A stretch of 63,465 nucleotides of DNA, counting the filler, from Octopus bimaculoides (Eukaryota): assembly GCF_001194135.2 (NCBI RefSeq). It is 5 parts of 5 records of this genome, joined end to end, with 100 filler letters (N's around TTAATTAATTAA, not from the genome) between each part and the next. Parts side by side here need not be neighbours in the genome. Positions count along the whole stretch, not along the records: positions 1 to 19,923 come from NC_069004.1; positions 20,024 to 47,762 come from NC_068992.1; 3 more parts are not named here. One strand, written 5' to 3'. Shown here piece after piece: positions 12,795-24,229 of the stretch (its first letter is position 1; every line of letters begins with the position of its first letter). A model generated the notes under the pieces. It saw nothing but the letters and a program-made list of their open reading frames with translations. It did no database searches and was not told the DNA's origin. The translations under genes were made by a program, and so were the position numbers.

Positions 12795-12955
12795 TCTACT
12801 CTAGGCACAAGACCCGAAATTTTTGAGGAGGGAGCCAGTCGATTTTATCGACCCCGAAAGGATGGAAGGCAAAGTCAACCTCGGCGGAATTTGAACTCAG
12901 AACATAAAGACAGACGAAATACTGGCTTGCTAGCGTTTCTGCCAGCTCGCCGCCT
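12795..12955 (-). mobile_element. SINE family A
   Basis: CTCTAGGCACAAGACCCGAAATTTT...GGAATTTGAACTCAGAAC...CTGCCAGCTCGCCGCC. Confidence 0.9.
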
Positions 12956-13065
12956 GAATGAACCTCGTAAATGATAGTGTGTAAATATGTTGGGTTCGAA
13001 ATTGGCATAATATTATTTGAAGCATTTACGAATACAGACAGACAAACATATACACACACATACAT

Positions 13066-13232
13066 ATATACGACGGGCTTCCTTTCAGTTTCCGTCTACT
13101 AAATCCACTCACAAGGCTTTGGTCTGCCCGAGGCTATAGTAGAAGACATTTGCCCAAGGTGCAACGCAGTGGGACTGACCCAGGACCATGATTGGTAAGC
13201 AAGATACTTACCACACAGTCACTCCTACGCCT
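13066..13232 (-). mobile_element. SINE family B, full head and CORE-like region
   Basis: Reverse strand: AGGCGTAGGAGTGACTGTGTGGTAAG...GGGTCAGTCCCACTGCGTTGCACCTTGGGCAAATGTCTTCTACTATAGC; CACCTTGGGCAA resembles the CORE-SINE motif. Confidence 0.9.
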
Positions 13233-13584
13233 ATATATATACTGAAACCAGTAAAAGGATGCAATAATATATACGTGTGTACGCGCGCGCGCAAATACAC
13301 ACACACACACACGTACGCACACGTAACTTTTGCTCACCGACTGTTATTCTCATTAGTTGGTCTCTTATCGTTAATTTTCATCAACCATAGGTGAACACGC
13401 TCACTTGGATGCCACTGACCCGTAGCTAATTGCTATATGAATAGCTAAACAGATACTACCCTAGGCATTCATTTTGTACACACCTGTTGCCGGCAGTAAG
13501 CGATTTACTCCGACCTTCTAATACAGCACCACATTACATGGGGGTAAATCTTTAAACGTATTCTATGCAAAACCACCCCGAGGT

Positions 13585-13800
13585 TCAGCCTTTGTTGCGG
13601 TAAGGTGGGCTTGTATGTCTCGATGACCCTAAGAGCCATGCCATTAGAGAGCAAGTTCCTGGTAGGACCGTCCATGCTGGATAGGTCGAAGGATAGAGGC
13701 CTGACTAACATCGACCACATCTTCCCAGAGGTGAAAATGGCGTTGCAGAGGGCCAACAGAACCTACGTAGAAAGAAAAAAAAGCTATGTTGAAAACAGGC
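13585..13800 (+). mobile_element. Orphan 5' UTR of an RTE-clade (Rex3/Expander-like) LINE
   Basis: TTGTTGCGG..GGGCTTGTATGTCTCGATGACCCTAAGAGCCATGCC...CCTGGTAGG...ATAGGTC resembles, from memory, RTE/Rex3 5' ends; no ORF follows. Confidence 0.6.
13608..13716 (+). ncRNA. Candidate HDV-like self-cleaving ribozyme, possibly decayed
   Basis: Manual fold: P1 GGCUUGU/AUAGGUC, P3 CCG/UGG, L3 UCCAUGC, P4 AGG/CCU, J4/2 GACUAA; P2 imperfect. Confidence 0.45.
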
Positions 13801-14044
13801 ACGCGCCGTCAGTAATTACTCAGGGTAGGCAGTTGGTGATGTTTATGTAGTAAAACAGACAAGAGAATAAGCGAAACATAGCCACGTGACTGAGGTGAGG
13901 GCAGGGAAACATAGGGGAAGGGCAGAACAGCTCAGAGCTGGAGAAGGTCGTCAATGCCCTCTCTTTTATAGGGAGCGAAGGGCATAACGGCAGCAACAGC
14001 GCCATATCGATAAGAAAAATCCTGCTGTTATTTAACTCCCACAA

Positions 14045-14190
14045 AGGCGGCGAACTGGCAGAATCGTTAGCACGTCGGTCGAAATGCTTGGCGGCATTTC
14101 GTCTGTCGCTACGTTCTGAGTTCAAATTCCGCTGTGATAAACTTTATCTTTCATCCTTGCGGGGTCGATGAAATAAGTACCAGTTGAGTT
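14045..14190 (+). mobile_element. SINE family A
   Basis: GGCGGCGAACTGGCAGAATCGTTAGC...GAGTTCAAATTCCGC...TTTCATCCTTGCGGGGTCGATGAAATAAGTACCAG. Confidence 0.9.
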
Positions 14191-14390
14191 CATTGCACTT
14201 AATAGACACACATCGAAATGTTTAATAAACGCCGTACACGAGGCTCTCGGTCCTTGAATCACTTTCTAACTTCTGCCGATTAAAAATAACACACACACTT
14301 ATACATATGTGTGTGCGTGTGTGTGTATGTGTGTGCGTGTGTGTATACGCTTGACAGTGATGTAGAGTATAAAAATATAAATTTAACCAT

Positions 14391-14428
<38 letters not shown>

Positions 14429-14888
14429 ACATACACATACACACACTGCGTGATGCTCAGAGGAGACACACATGTTGTTAGCCGACCCCAGCTGATGGAA
14501 GAAGACATGAACGGTAAGAAATGAAGCAACACCTGAAGAAAAAGATCAATAGAGTTTTGGCACCTAAGAGCAATTAGTATCGTAGTCATAATAGGCATTT
14601 TAGAGCAGAGTGGAATAGGTTCAAAAAGATAAAGTTAAAAAAAGGGGGGTGGGGGAGAGGGCGAAGGTGAGTTTAATAAGCAGAAGATGTTGAAGAAAAT
14701 AATAATCATAAAGAAATAAATATAAAGAAAAAAAGACAGAGAGTAGCGCTAAAAGAGTTGAAAAAAGATTCCCCCTTTGATGTGATCGGCAAATATATTT
14801 GAGATAAAGAAGGGATAATCATCTATTTGAAGTATGTTGACGATGTGAGAGAGAGAAACATTGGTAGTGTTTAGACAGGAGCTAATTA

Positions 14889-15055
14889 GAAGGAGGAGGA
14901 GGAGGAGGAGGAGAAGAAGAAGAAGAAGAAGAAGAAGGAGAAGGAGAAGGAGGAGGAGGAGGGAGAGAAGAAGGAGGAGGAGGGAGAGAAGAAGGAGGAG
15001 GAGGGGGAGAAGAAGAAGAAGAAGGAGGAGGAGGAGGAGAAGAAGAAGAAGAAGA
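14889..15055. repeat. (GAG/GAA)n pure polypurine tract
   Basis: About 165 nt of only A/G; source of the poly-Arg and poly-Pro/Ser ORFs. Confidence 0.95.
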
Positions 15056-15409
15056 CAAACGATTCCAGCAATAGCTTACAACTACAACAACAACAATGAG
15101 GAGAATGACAAAAATAAACAACGGAACGGCTGCAAATTGTAGGGGAAAACGGGGAGAACAACAACAGCAACAACAATTGTAATATAACAGCAGCAGCCGT
15201 AGATGCAGCAGCATCAATAACAACAGTAACAAGCGCAACACCGCCACCACCACCACCAACAACAACTACCACGACAACAAAGTCATTCTACGAGGGTAAA
15301 CAACTGCAATGTGTTTCCCCCAGATGATCCAAACCAGAAAAGCCTCAATGGTTCCAGATCAAGAATTGCGGCGGAAGCATTCGCTTTATACGACTTTTGA
15401 TTATTGTAG

Positions 15410-15600
15410 TCTAACCTAGTTCGAATCCGATCGAAGCCAACTTCCTTCCACGTTGCTCCAGGCCACTCGGCTGTAAATAAGCAACCATTCGACGGACTGG
15501 CGTCCCCGTTCGGGGAGAATGATGTGAACTCGAATCGCCGTGGAAACCGGGTAACCGCCTTTACGAGTCCTAGAGTCAAGTCTGTACTTACTTGTAGCTA
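15410..15600 (+). mobile_element. Decayed SINE family E
   Basis: GACGGACTGGCGTCCCCG...GGAAACCGGGTAACCG matches 59920-59985. Confidence 0.6.
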
Positions 15601-15674
15601 AATAACAGGTACGTAGGGCCGTAGGGCCCCTTGTTGGCTTCTTAATTAATGGCAAGGATCAGAAAGTGGTAGTT

Positions 15675-15865
15675 TTTCTACTCTAGGCACAAGGCCCGAA
15701 ATTTTGGGGAAGGGGGCCAGTCGATTAGATCGACCTCAATACGCAACTGGTACTTAATTTATCGACCCCGAAAGGATGAAAGTCGACCTCGGCTGAATTT
15801 GAACTCAGAACGTAAAGACAGACGAAATAGTGCTAAGCATTTCGACCGGCGTGTTAACGATTCTT
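15675..15865 (-). mobile_element. SINE family A
   Basis: TTTCTACTCTAGGCACAAGGCCCGAAATTTT...GAATTTGAACTCAGAACG...GCTAAGCATTTCG. Confidence 0.9.
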
Positions 15866-16097
15866 ATTTCTTTATTGCCCACAAGGGGCTAAACATAGAG
15901 AGGACAAACAAGGACAGACAAAGGGATTAAGTTGATTTCATCGGTCACAGTGCGTAACTGGTACTTAATTTATCGACTCCGAAATGATGACAGGCAAAGT
16001 CAACCTCGGCGGAATTTGAACTCAGAACGTAACGGCAGACGAAATACCGCTCAGCATTTCGCCCGGCGTGCTACCGTTTCTGCCAGCTCGCCGCCTT
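15866..16097 (-). mobile_element. SINE family A variant with a different 3' tail
   Basis: Same head and central domain, but tail TATTTCTTTATTGCCCACAAGGGGCTAAACATAGAGAGGAC. Confidence 0.85.
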
Positions 16098-16227
16098 ACG
16101 TGTTTATTAAATTTTACAAGAGGAATGACAGCGACTTCGAAGTTTCGGTCTGCTAGCTAACCTTCGTCAGATTCTCTGTCGCCCTCTCACCTTCTTTCTC
16201 TCTCTCTCCCAAAACACACACAGATAG

Positions 16228-16240
16228 ACACAGATAGATG

Positions 16241-16283
<43 letters not shown>
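16228..16283. repeat. (GATA)n microsatellite
   Basis: Seen directly. Confidence 0.95.
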
Positions 16284-16285
<2 letters not shown>

Positions 16286-16313
16286 CCCATCTAAATTTCG
16301 TCTCGTACAACAG

Positions 16314-16392
16314 TGACGGAATCAAACGCGCTATTCCGCTATTCTGCTATTCCAGACATGAAAGAGATTATTCCGCACAGATTCTTTGAGCG
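16314..16392 (+). CDS. Candidate coding exon of an unknown gene (TESNALFRYSAIPDMKEIIPHRFFER)
   Basis: Acceptor TCTCGTACAACAG, open frame, donor CG|GTAATA (or an in-frame stop just after); no homologue recognised. Confidence 0.25.
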
Positions 16393-17495
16393 GTAATATT
16401 TCTTTATTCCTTAACCAAATTTCTTTGATGTGGTTTCGTCAACGTTAGGAATGTAAGACTTCTTAACGGAGCCGGGTTTGTCTGGGGAAGGGAGGTCNNN
16501 NNNNNNNNNNNNNNNNNNNNNNNNNNNNNNNNNNNNNNNNNNNNNNNNNNNNNNNNNNNNNNNNNNNNNNNNNNNNNNNNNNNNNNNNNNNNNNNNNNNN
16601 NNNNNNNNNNNNNNNNNNNNNNNNNNNNNNNNNNNNNNNNNNNNNNNNNNNNNNNNNNNNNNNNNNNNNNNNNNNNNNNNNNNNNNNNNNNNNNNNNNNN
16701 NNNNNNNNNNNNNNNNNNNNNNNNNNNNNNNNNNNNNNNNNNNNNNNNNNNNNNNNNNNNNNNNNNNNNNNNNNNNNNNNNNNNNNNNNNNNNNNNNNNN
16801 NNNNNNNNNNNNNNNNNNNNNNNNNNNNNNNNNNNNNNNNNNNNNNNNNNNNNNNNNNNNNNNNNNNNNNNNNNNNNNNNNNNNNNNNNNNNNNNNNNNN
16901 NNNNNNNNNNNNNNNNNNNNNNNNNNNNNNNNNNNNNNNNNNNNNNNNNNNNNNNNNNNNNNNNNNNNNNNNNNNNNNNNNNNNNNNNNNNNNNNNNNNN
17001 NNNNNNNNNNNNNNNNNNNNNNNNNNNNNNNNNNNNNNNNNNNNNNNNNNNNNNNNNNNNNNNNNNNNNNNNNNNNNNNNNNNNNNNNNNNNNNNNNNNN
17101 NNNNNNNNNNNNNNNNNNNNNNNNNNNNNNNNNNNNNNNNNNNNNNNNNNNNNNNNNNNNNNNNNNNNNNNNNNNNNNNNNNNNNNNNNNNNNNNNNNNN
17201 NNNNNNNNNNNNNNNNNNNNNNNNNNNNNNNNNNNNNNNNNNNNNNNNNNNNNNNNNNNNNNNNNNNNNNNNNNNNNNNNNNNNNNNNNNNNNNNNNNNN
17301 NNNNNNNNNNNNNNNNNNNNNNNNNNNNNNNNNNNNNNNNNNNNNNNNNNNNNNNNNNNNNNNNNNNNNNNNNNNNNNNNNNNNNNNNNNNNNATAACAG
17401 AGGTGTCAGGTGGAAAGGTCATCAGGTACAATTTTTGCTTTATTTATTTGCATATTTATGTACGTATTTTATGTGTTTACTTTTTTTTTTTGCAG

Positions 17496-17566
17496 GTCAC
17501 GTGGTTCATAGTATTGCCAAAGGCTGCGGCGGCGGCGCAGAAGGCGGTGAATGTGTTTTTCTTCAG
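17496..17566 (+). CDS. Candidate internal exon, 71 nt (GHVVHSIAKGCGGGAEGGECVFLQ or VTWFIVLPKAAAAAQKAVNVFFF)
   Basis: Strong acceptor T11-GCAG, donor CAG|GTATGT, GC-rich island; upstream donor CAG|GTACAA at 17425 gives a 70-nt intron. Confidence 0.45.
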
Positions 17567-18069
17567 GTATGTTGTATGTTTGTGTACCTGTGCGTGTGCG
17601 TGTATGTATGTATGTATGTATGTATATGTGTATGTATGTGTGTATATATGTATGTACGTCTGTGTGTATGTGTAGGCGTATATACGTGATGTGTATGCGT
17701 TCGTGAACACAAGTGTGCAAACGCATCTCTGTTTAGTAAACACCAGTAGGTAGGTGTTCATTGAAGTCTTTGAAATGACGAAGAAATGTCAAATGCTACA
17801 ATAAAATATTTACACTCTACTCACAGCAGAGTATTGAGTGCATTTCCCCCCACCTCTTCTTTGTAAACTCTGACCTACGCCGGCACCCCCTTCCCCTCAC
17901 ACATATTCGTCAACAATTTGTAAAAATCGTAACTTTCTGCAGTATTTCTCTAATCATCGAATTATTATTATATATATGTGTGTATATGCATGTCTTCTCA
18001 CTCACTCTTTCCCTCTCTCTCTCTCTCCCTTTCTCTCTCAGAACATGCCTATATGTGAGTATGTGTGGT

Positions 18070-18870
18070 AGGTGGAGATTGCAGCCTTGAAGATGAAGAT
18101 CGAATAGGATGTCCAGTTGAGTTTGATGATAAGCTCCTTGAGTCATTACTTGAAGAAAATCCCGAGTTGACATCTGCTCTTCTCTCCATTCTCGCGAACT
18201 CATTTCACCCTTTTTGGATAGACTTGTGACTGGTGACGAAAAATGGATCTGTCGAAATGTTAAACGTCGTAAACTGTGGCTTGGTAAAATGGAAAAAAGC
18301 TCAACCACAACCGAGAAGGGAACTTCATGGGGAAAAGGTTCTTCTCTCTATCTGGTGGTGGGATTGCAAAGGAGTAATTCACTTTGAATTGTTACCACCT
18401 AATGCAACAATCAATGCTCAAGTCTACTGTCGGCAATTACTGCGTTTGAACCAAGCTTTGAAGAATAAAAGACCCGCTTTAATAAATCGAAAAGGAGTGA
18501 TGTTTTATCGTGACAATGCGCGACCCCACACTGCAAAGATCACATCACAGAAGATCGAAGAGCTTAGTTGGCAAAAAATTGCTCATCCACCTTATTCTCC
18601 CGACCTTGCTCCTTCAGACTACCATTTGTTTCGTAGTTTACAGAATCATTTGGGGCACATAACTTTAGCAAGCCAGGAGGAGGTCGAAACTGACATCAGA
18701 GTTCTTGGCTTTGAAACCATTGATGGGATTAAAAAGCTTGTAAATAGACGGAAGGAAGTCATAGATAATCAGGGAAAGGACATTGATGATTAAATTTCAA
18801 TTAAATATAACATTTGATCACTTGTTTTCTTTATTCAAAATTCGGACAGAACTTATGGGATGACCTGATA
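18070..18870 (+). mobile_element. Mariner (D,D34D) transposon, 5'-truncated, with transposase pseudogene and right TIR
   Basis: LVTGDEKW, IWWWDCKGVIHFELL, RDNARPH, HPPYSPDLAPSDYHLF motifs; right end TTCGGACAGAACTTATGGGATGACCTGA-TA. Confidence 0.95.
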
Positions 18871-19047
18871 CAATACACAAAATATTTTAACATTTTTTAT
18901 ACAATTCCTAACAATATTCAATTATAAAAATATAATAGGGGGTTTTAAGCATCAAATGGCGAAGAAATCAAAAGGGTCCACAGACGAAAAAACAAAAGAT
19001 GGTAGAGAACCAGGCTATCCACGCCGGTGATGCCACAACAGCAATGT

Positions 19048-19081
19048 AACTGTTGCTGGTTCAGAGGAACCAGCAACAGTT
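19048..19081. repeat. Perfect 15-bp inverted repeat (hairpin)
   Basis: AACTGTTGCTGGTTC-AGAG-GAACCAGCAACAGTT. Confidence 0.9.
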
Positions 19082-19361
19082 CATCTCGAGAAGATTTGAA
19101 TGAGAGACAGGCAACCGTATCTCATCGCAAAAAAACTGATTTGTTTGTGGAACCACCCAAGGACGAACAGTGGGTAGCGATGGCACATAATGGAAATAAA
19201 GAAGAATAAAGATAAACTATCGATGAGATTATTGAGGTCAATAACCTGACAGTATATTGTTTTTAGTGGGAAGGGTATGGGCTGAGATGACGGGACGAAA
19301 TACTTCTGACTCTGGGATTTGGAGGGAAAAAGAAAAAGAAAGGAAGCGATAGAAGAATGTA

Positions 19362-19362
<1 letters not shown>

Positions 19363-19434
<72 letters not shown>
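19363..19434. repeat. (TTA)n microsatellite
   Basis: Seen directly. Confidence 0.95.
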
Positions 19435-19435
<1 letters not shown>

Positions 19436-19923
19436 CGCTCTTTCATCGCTTTTATGTCCGCATTCCGTGCATCGCACCAAAATAAATTTTAAAATATAAA
19501 GCGGAAAAAGGAGAAACAAAAGAATGAAGAATGAACTACGAGTAAAAGAATGACAAAAGAAGATTTAGAAATGCCAGATATTTTGATGGATCTCAGCCAA
19601 AATACCAACATCCACAAAGTACACAAATATAAGTATACATAGACACAGGCACGTGTGTGGATAAGTACGGACATGTGTGTGTGTGTGCGCGTGTGAAAAA
19701 CACACAAAACATATCAAAGGTATGAAAACTAGCGAGAGGATTGCAGGTATGAGCAATTTTGGTACCAAGGGGTCAGCTCTCCAACTTAAACCCCCGACAT
19801 TCCTGGGGGCTGAAAGACACGCGTTAATCGTCGCTGCCACTGTTTCTGAAGGAAGCGTCGGATGAAAAGCAAATGTAAAGGTGATTGATCTCGGCTTTAA
19901 GATGAAAAGCCGACAACAAGGGA

Positions 19924-20023
19924 NNNNNNNNNNNNNNNNNNNNNNNNNNNNNNNNNNNNNNNNNNNNTTAATTAATTAANNNNNNNNNNNNNNNNNNNNN
20001 NNNNNNNNNNNNNNNNNNNNNNN
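19924..20023. other. Artificial scaffold linker (N44-TTAATTAATTAA-N44)
   Basis: Exactly 100 nt; the 12-mer has stops in all six frames; identical structure occurs four times. Confidence 0.95.
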
Positions 20024-20240
20024 CCGAGCGTGGCCGTTTTCGTGCGGGTGACACGTAAAAGCACCCACTACACTCTCTGAGTGGTTGGCGTTAGGAAGGG
20101 CATCCAGCTGTAGAAACTCTGCCAAATTAGACTGGAGCCTGGAGTTGCCATCCGGTTTCACCAGTCCTCAGTCAAATCGTCCAAACCATGCTAGCATGGA
20201 TGGCGGACGTTAAACGATGATGATGATGATGATGATGTAT
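20024..20240 (+). mobile_element. SINE family D 3' part with (GAT)n tail
   Basis: GAGTGGTTGGCGTTAGGAAGGGCATCCAGCTGTAGAAAC conserved-domain-like core; tail GCATGGATGGCGGACGTTAAACGATGATGATG; tail recurs at ~34810-34870. Confidence 0.75.
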
Positions 20241-20849
20241 AAGAAATGAGCCACATAATTCACAGTTGTCTGAAAATGATAATGAGTTGTCTGCAATGCC
20301 ATGGAATAAATGGTTTAGAGCAAATTATGAAATGGACAAGCTATTTCATATCAACAATAACAAACAGATTAAAACATTAAAGCAATTTTTGAAACTAGCA
20401 TATTGTTCCCTGGGAATAGGAACAAAAGATATGCACAAAAGTTAGTCTAGAAGAGAAACATTTCAGCAAAAATACTCATGAAAATGTCCAAAAAACTAAG
20501 CAGAAACTTACAGTAACCCTGTAGGTATAGCCATCTCCAGGTTCACATTTGTACCTCTAGTCAATAAGGCCTTTAGCTATTGCCACAGAAATAATTTTGG
20601 GGTCGAATAAGAGCATAGACATTTTGCAAAGATTGATAAAAATCGATTTCTTATCCAGCAAACACAATACATAACCAGTCCAAAATGTTTTCCAATTAAA
20701 ACTGCATTCAGTTATGTGTAGTATTTAAATTTTGTTTTTGCATCTTTTTTTTATCATTATATCTGTGTTCAGATATTTAGAAATGACAAGAAATAAAAAA
20801 ATCTTTACCTCAAGATAATGGCCTACTTTCTAAAATGTTCTGTCTTGTG

Positions 20850-20990
20850 GAGGATTGGCAGAATCATTAGAGTGTTGCACAAAATTCTTGAAGTATTTAC
20901 TTACAGCTCTTTATATTTTCAAAGCCAACACAACCTTTCATCAATTCTGGGTATGTAGAAAAATAAACTAGTCAAAATACAGGGGCTAAT
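20850..20990 (+). mobile_element. Heavily CpG-decayed SINE family A
   Basis: GGAGGATTGGCAGAATCATTAG...CCTTTCATCAATTCTGGGGTA aligns to the family A head and centre. Confidence 0.5.
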
Positions 20991-23460
20991 TCCTGAATGC
21001 ATCTTACATGTGAATGAAATTATAACAGGAGACAAGCAAAGCACCAGAATTACTCACACCAAGTCTAAGAAACTAATTATCTCCCAGTTATTTAATGTCA
21101 TTGAATCCAGAGTTGACCACTGTATTTATGATCACTCTATGGGACTTCTAAAGACATCCATTATTAATTATACATCTCATAAGCAACTCAAAATTTTATA
21201 AACTGCTTCTTTAAGATGAAGCTTTTGAGCCAATATTCAAATTTACATAACACTTAAATATTTTTATTACAAATTTGAATGCTTGCTACATTAAGTGAGT
21301 TAACACTAACTTAAGATATTAACATATCACTGATGCCATTTTTTATTTAACCAGAAACTTAGCCTTATTTGGAAGTTAGTAGAACTTGTAAGTAGTAAGC
21401 ATCTTTCAGAATTCACCAAAGTTTGTATTTGTTCAGTAATATGCCATAAGATAATAAAAATAGATTTCAAGATCATTTAAAATCTTAATAGAGAAAAACA
21501 TGCACATAAACCAGATGTGTGCATAATTAATTATGATGATTTGTTTAAAAGATATCGTAAGATGTAACAATTCATTGCCTAAATCCATTGTTAAGTGTGA
21601 TGTTTACTATATATATTTAAATATTTATATGTGCACATAAAAAGGTGTAGCTATACCTAGACAATTGAATGATGTTCAGTGCCAAATATATAAGCACATA
21701 TTTCAGTGTAAGAGATGAAACTTTGTCTTTCAGATATAATGCATGAATGTTTTCATTAATATATCTTTTATTTGTTTGATATTTATGTTCTCATTCATGT
21801 TTATCTTGTGAAATTAACTATAGCACTAGCAGATTCTATAACAATAATTTGTAATGTAATACATTCAAGACAGACACATGAAAGAATATAATGCTTGAGC
21901 TTTACAAACAATTGTTATCAGACTTACAGCAACATTGTATATTTAATAGTGATACTATTCATAAATATTCTTGAGAAACAGTTGGTATTTAAGCAATAAA
22001 AGAATGCTCTTCTCTACTGAAATATTGTAAATTGATCTAATATTCAAAACTATACATTAGGTTCAAATTCATTTAATGACTGTTAGTAAAATTTTCCAAA
22101 CATTTACATTATAATTACTAGAGGTTAAATATAACTATTGTGAATTGTCTCACCCCTTGAGCAAAGCAAAAATTTCAAATGGTTGAATACACCTGACAGA
22201 AGGAACCAGGTTCCACATCAATTTTCTAAGTTGATATCTCTGAGAAAAATATTTGGCTGAATATTCAATTACACCTAGATTTTGCAAATGTCTACATTTT
22301 CAAATTGTATTCTTCCTATACTAACATGGTAAAATTGAGGTAACTAGTAAACAATGTTCCACCCCTGTTGCAGAAACAAACAGACTTAAGTGCTTAAAGA
22401 CAACACAAACAAGTCTAAATGCCAACCAATTATTCCAAGATATATTCATTTTTGATCTCTTTAAATGTCAAACTAATGAGCAAGTAAATGAATTTTCAAT
22501 CAGTTTTGATGAATGTATCCAGTTGTTCAACCAACTGAATTACCTGCACTTTGAATTTGTATATAAGTGACTGAGTATTCCACAGACGTATATTCTTAAT
22601 GTAATTTATGATGAAATCAGCTTTACACAGTGTGACATAGTTTGTCCTCTGAATTACAGCCCGATTCCATCTAACAAGCTTCCACAGTTTCCATCTGTCC
22701 ACTTTCACTCAGAAAACTAGGGTCAACTTGTGATGCTTCCTCAAAATGCCATGTAATACAATAGAGCCCAACACCTTATGACTATGCAGTAAACTTTTTA
22801 ATCATTCAACCATGCCTTATAAGGCATATGACTTCACACTGATGTCTTTCTGTGACAACCAGTTCTGAACAAGCTCACAAAACTGTTCTTATTCTATGAT
22901 AACAAGCATGTTTCCCAGCTGAGAAATTAACTATATGATAATAAGTCTGGTTTTCCATATTCTCTGAGTGATTAAACCACCATGAGATGCCTCTCTTCTC
23001 CAATAGCAGCAACATGAAGCCATGCAAGACTAGAAGTTCTGTTGTATTTTTGCTTCAATCTAAGTTGTTATTTGCAAGGGAAATTCGTTATTATTATGGA
23101 AAATGTTATGTACATTAATCTGTACACTAACATATTGTGATAAATCTAGATGACCCACTATTTACTATTAGGTAATTTTTATGAAATGAGATTGTTAGCA
23201 CTAAGTTAACACGTGCTATCATTATACCAAATGACCAGCTTTATGACTTATAATAACATGAAGCAATCAAGTGTAACTAAGAGACTGAAGTATACACTGA
23301 TGTTTTCTTTGGTGAAATAAAGACTTTCATTTCAGTGGCTTTGCAACTGGTTTCAGTGCATTTATATCTCCATAACTTAGCAGTTCAGCAAAAGTTAGTG
23401 ATGTAATTAGTACCAGGTTAAATAAAAATAAGTACTAGAATCAATTGGCTNNNNNNNNNN

Positions 23461-23508
<48 letters not shown>

Positions 23509-23714
23509 CGTTGTCAAATACTCCGAATTTTTCAAAATTCTTCTAAGCAATATTTGGATCTACTTGTCATACATGAGGATTTACCTGGAATCTGTATTCT
23601 ACTTACATTTACCAGTGTCTGATTGTTGGATATTGTTAATCAAATTCTTTTCAAACTGGTTTATTTATATCTGCTTGGATTTTTTAACCCCTTTCTTTTT
23701 GCTCCTAATCATAT

Positions 23715-24200
23715 ACATATACTGAGGCAAGGCAAAAGTTTTGGAATATTTGCATATGTACTATTTTGCGTCATGTATATCACATGATTCAAGTAATGCA
23801 AGGTACCCACTGAAGCTGGTAGTATCATGGTAGTTGGTGCATTGACATGTTGTGCATTTATTCACTCCATATGTGAAGCTGCACATATGAACATGCGACA
23901 TAGTCTAATTTGGAAACTTAAGCTCTATAAGTTCAAGCTGGCTGTAATGGCATGGAAGCAACCAAAAACATTTGTTGTGTGTAAGGTGAAAGCACAGTTG
24001 ATCGTAGGACAGTAACCAAATGGGTTGAGAAATTGTGCATGGGTTGCAAGAACCTCGATAATCAGGTAAGTTTAGGTAGGCCTAAAACTCTGGATTCATA
24101 AGGGCAAATCTGGCAAGTAATACTCAGAGAGTATCAGAGAAGCTTAGCAACTTGTGGATACATGCATTTGTATGGCAAAAATACTCAACATTGTCTAACA
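23715..24200 (+). mobile_element. Decayed mariner, left end and transposase N-terminus
   Basis: YKFKLGCNGMEATKNICCV..ESTVDRRTVTKW...GRPK across frameshifts. Confidence 0.7.
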
Positions 24201-24229
24201 GAGAGCAAATTCTTCTGGAGCAAAACAAC

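Noticed and set aside
16340-16497. Resemblance of IIPHRFFERN to the omega-desaturase AIPxHCFERS motif, and of GAGFVWGRE to glycosyltransferase GAGYVLS
   Set aside because: Neighbouring residues do not fit either family; no His boxes are visible
17394-17566. Resemblance of the candidate exon to Wnt (VVHSIAKGC) or MMP (RWKGHQVTW) motifs
   Set aside because: Required flanking cysteines, conserved residues and intron positions do not follow; similarity is short and probably chance
22496-22708. Exon candidate WNRAVIQRTN...YIKNIRLW
   Set aside because: Could equally be a decayed RTE C-terminal remnant; no consistent exon chain could be built
22812-22827. Perfect 16-bp palindrome ATGCCTTATAAGGCAT
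   Set aside because: About one such palindrome is expected by chance in an AT-rich 63-kb window
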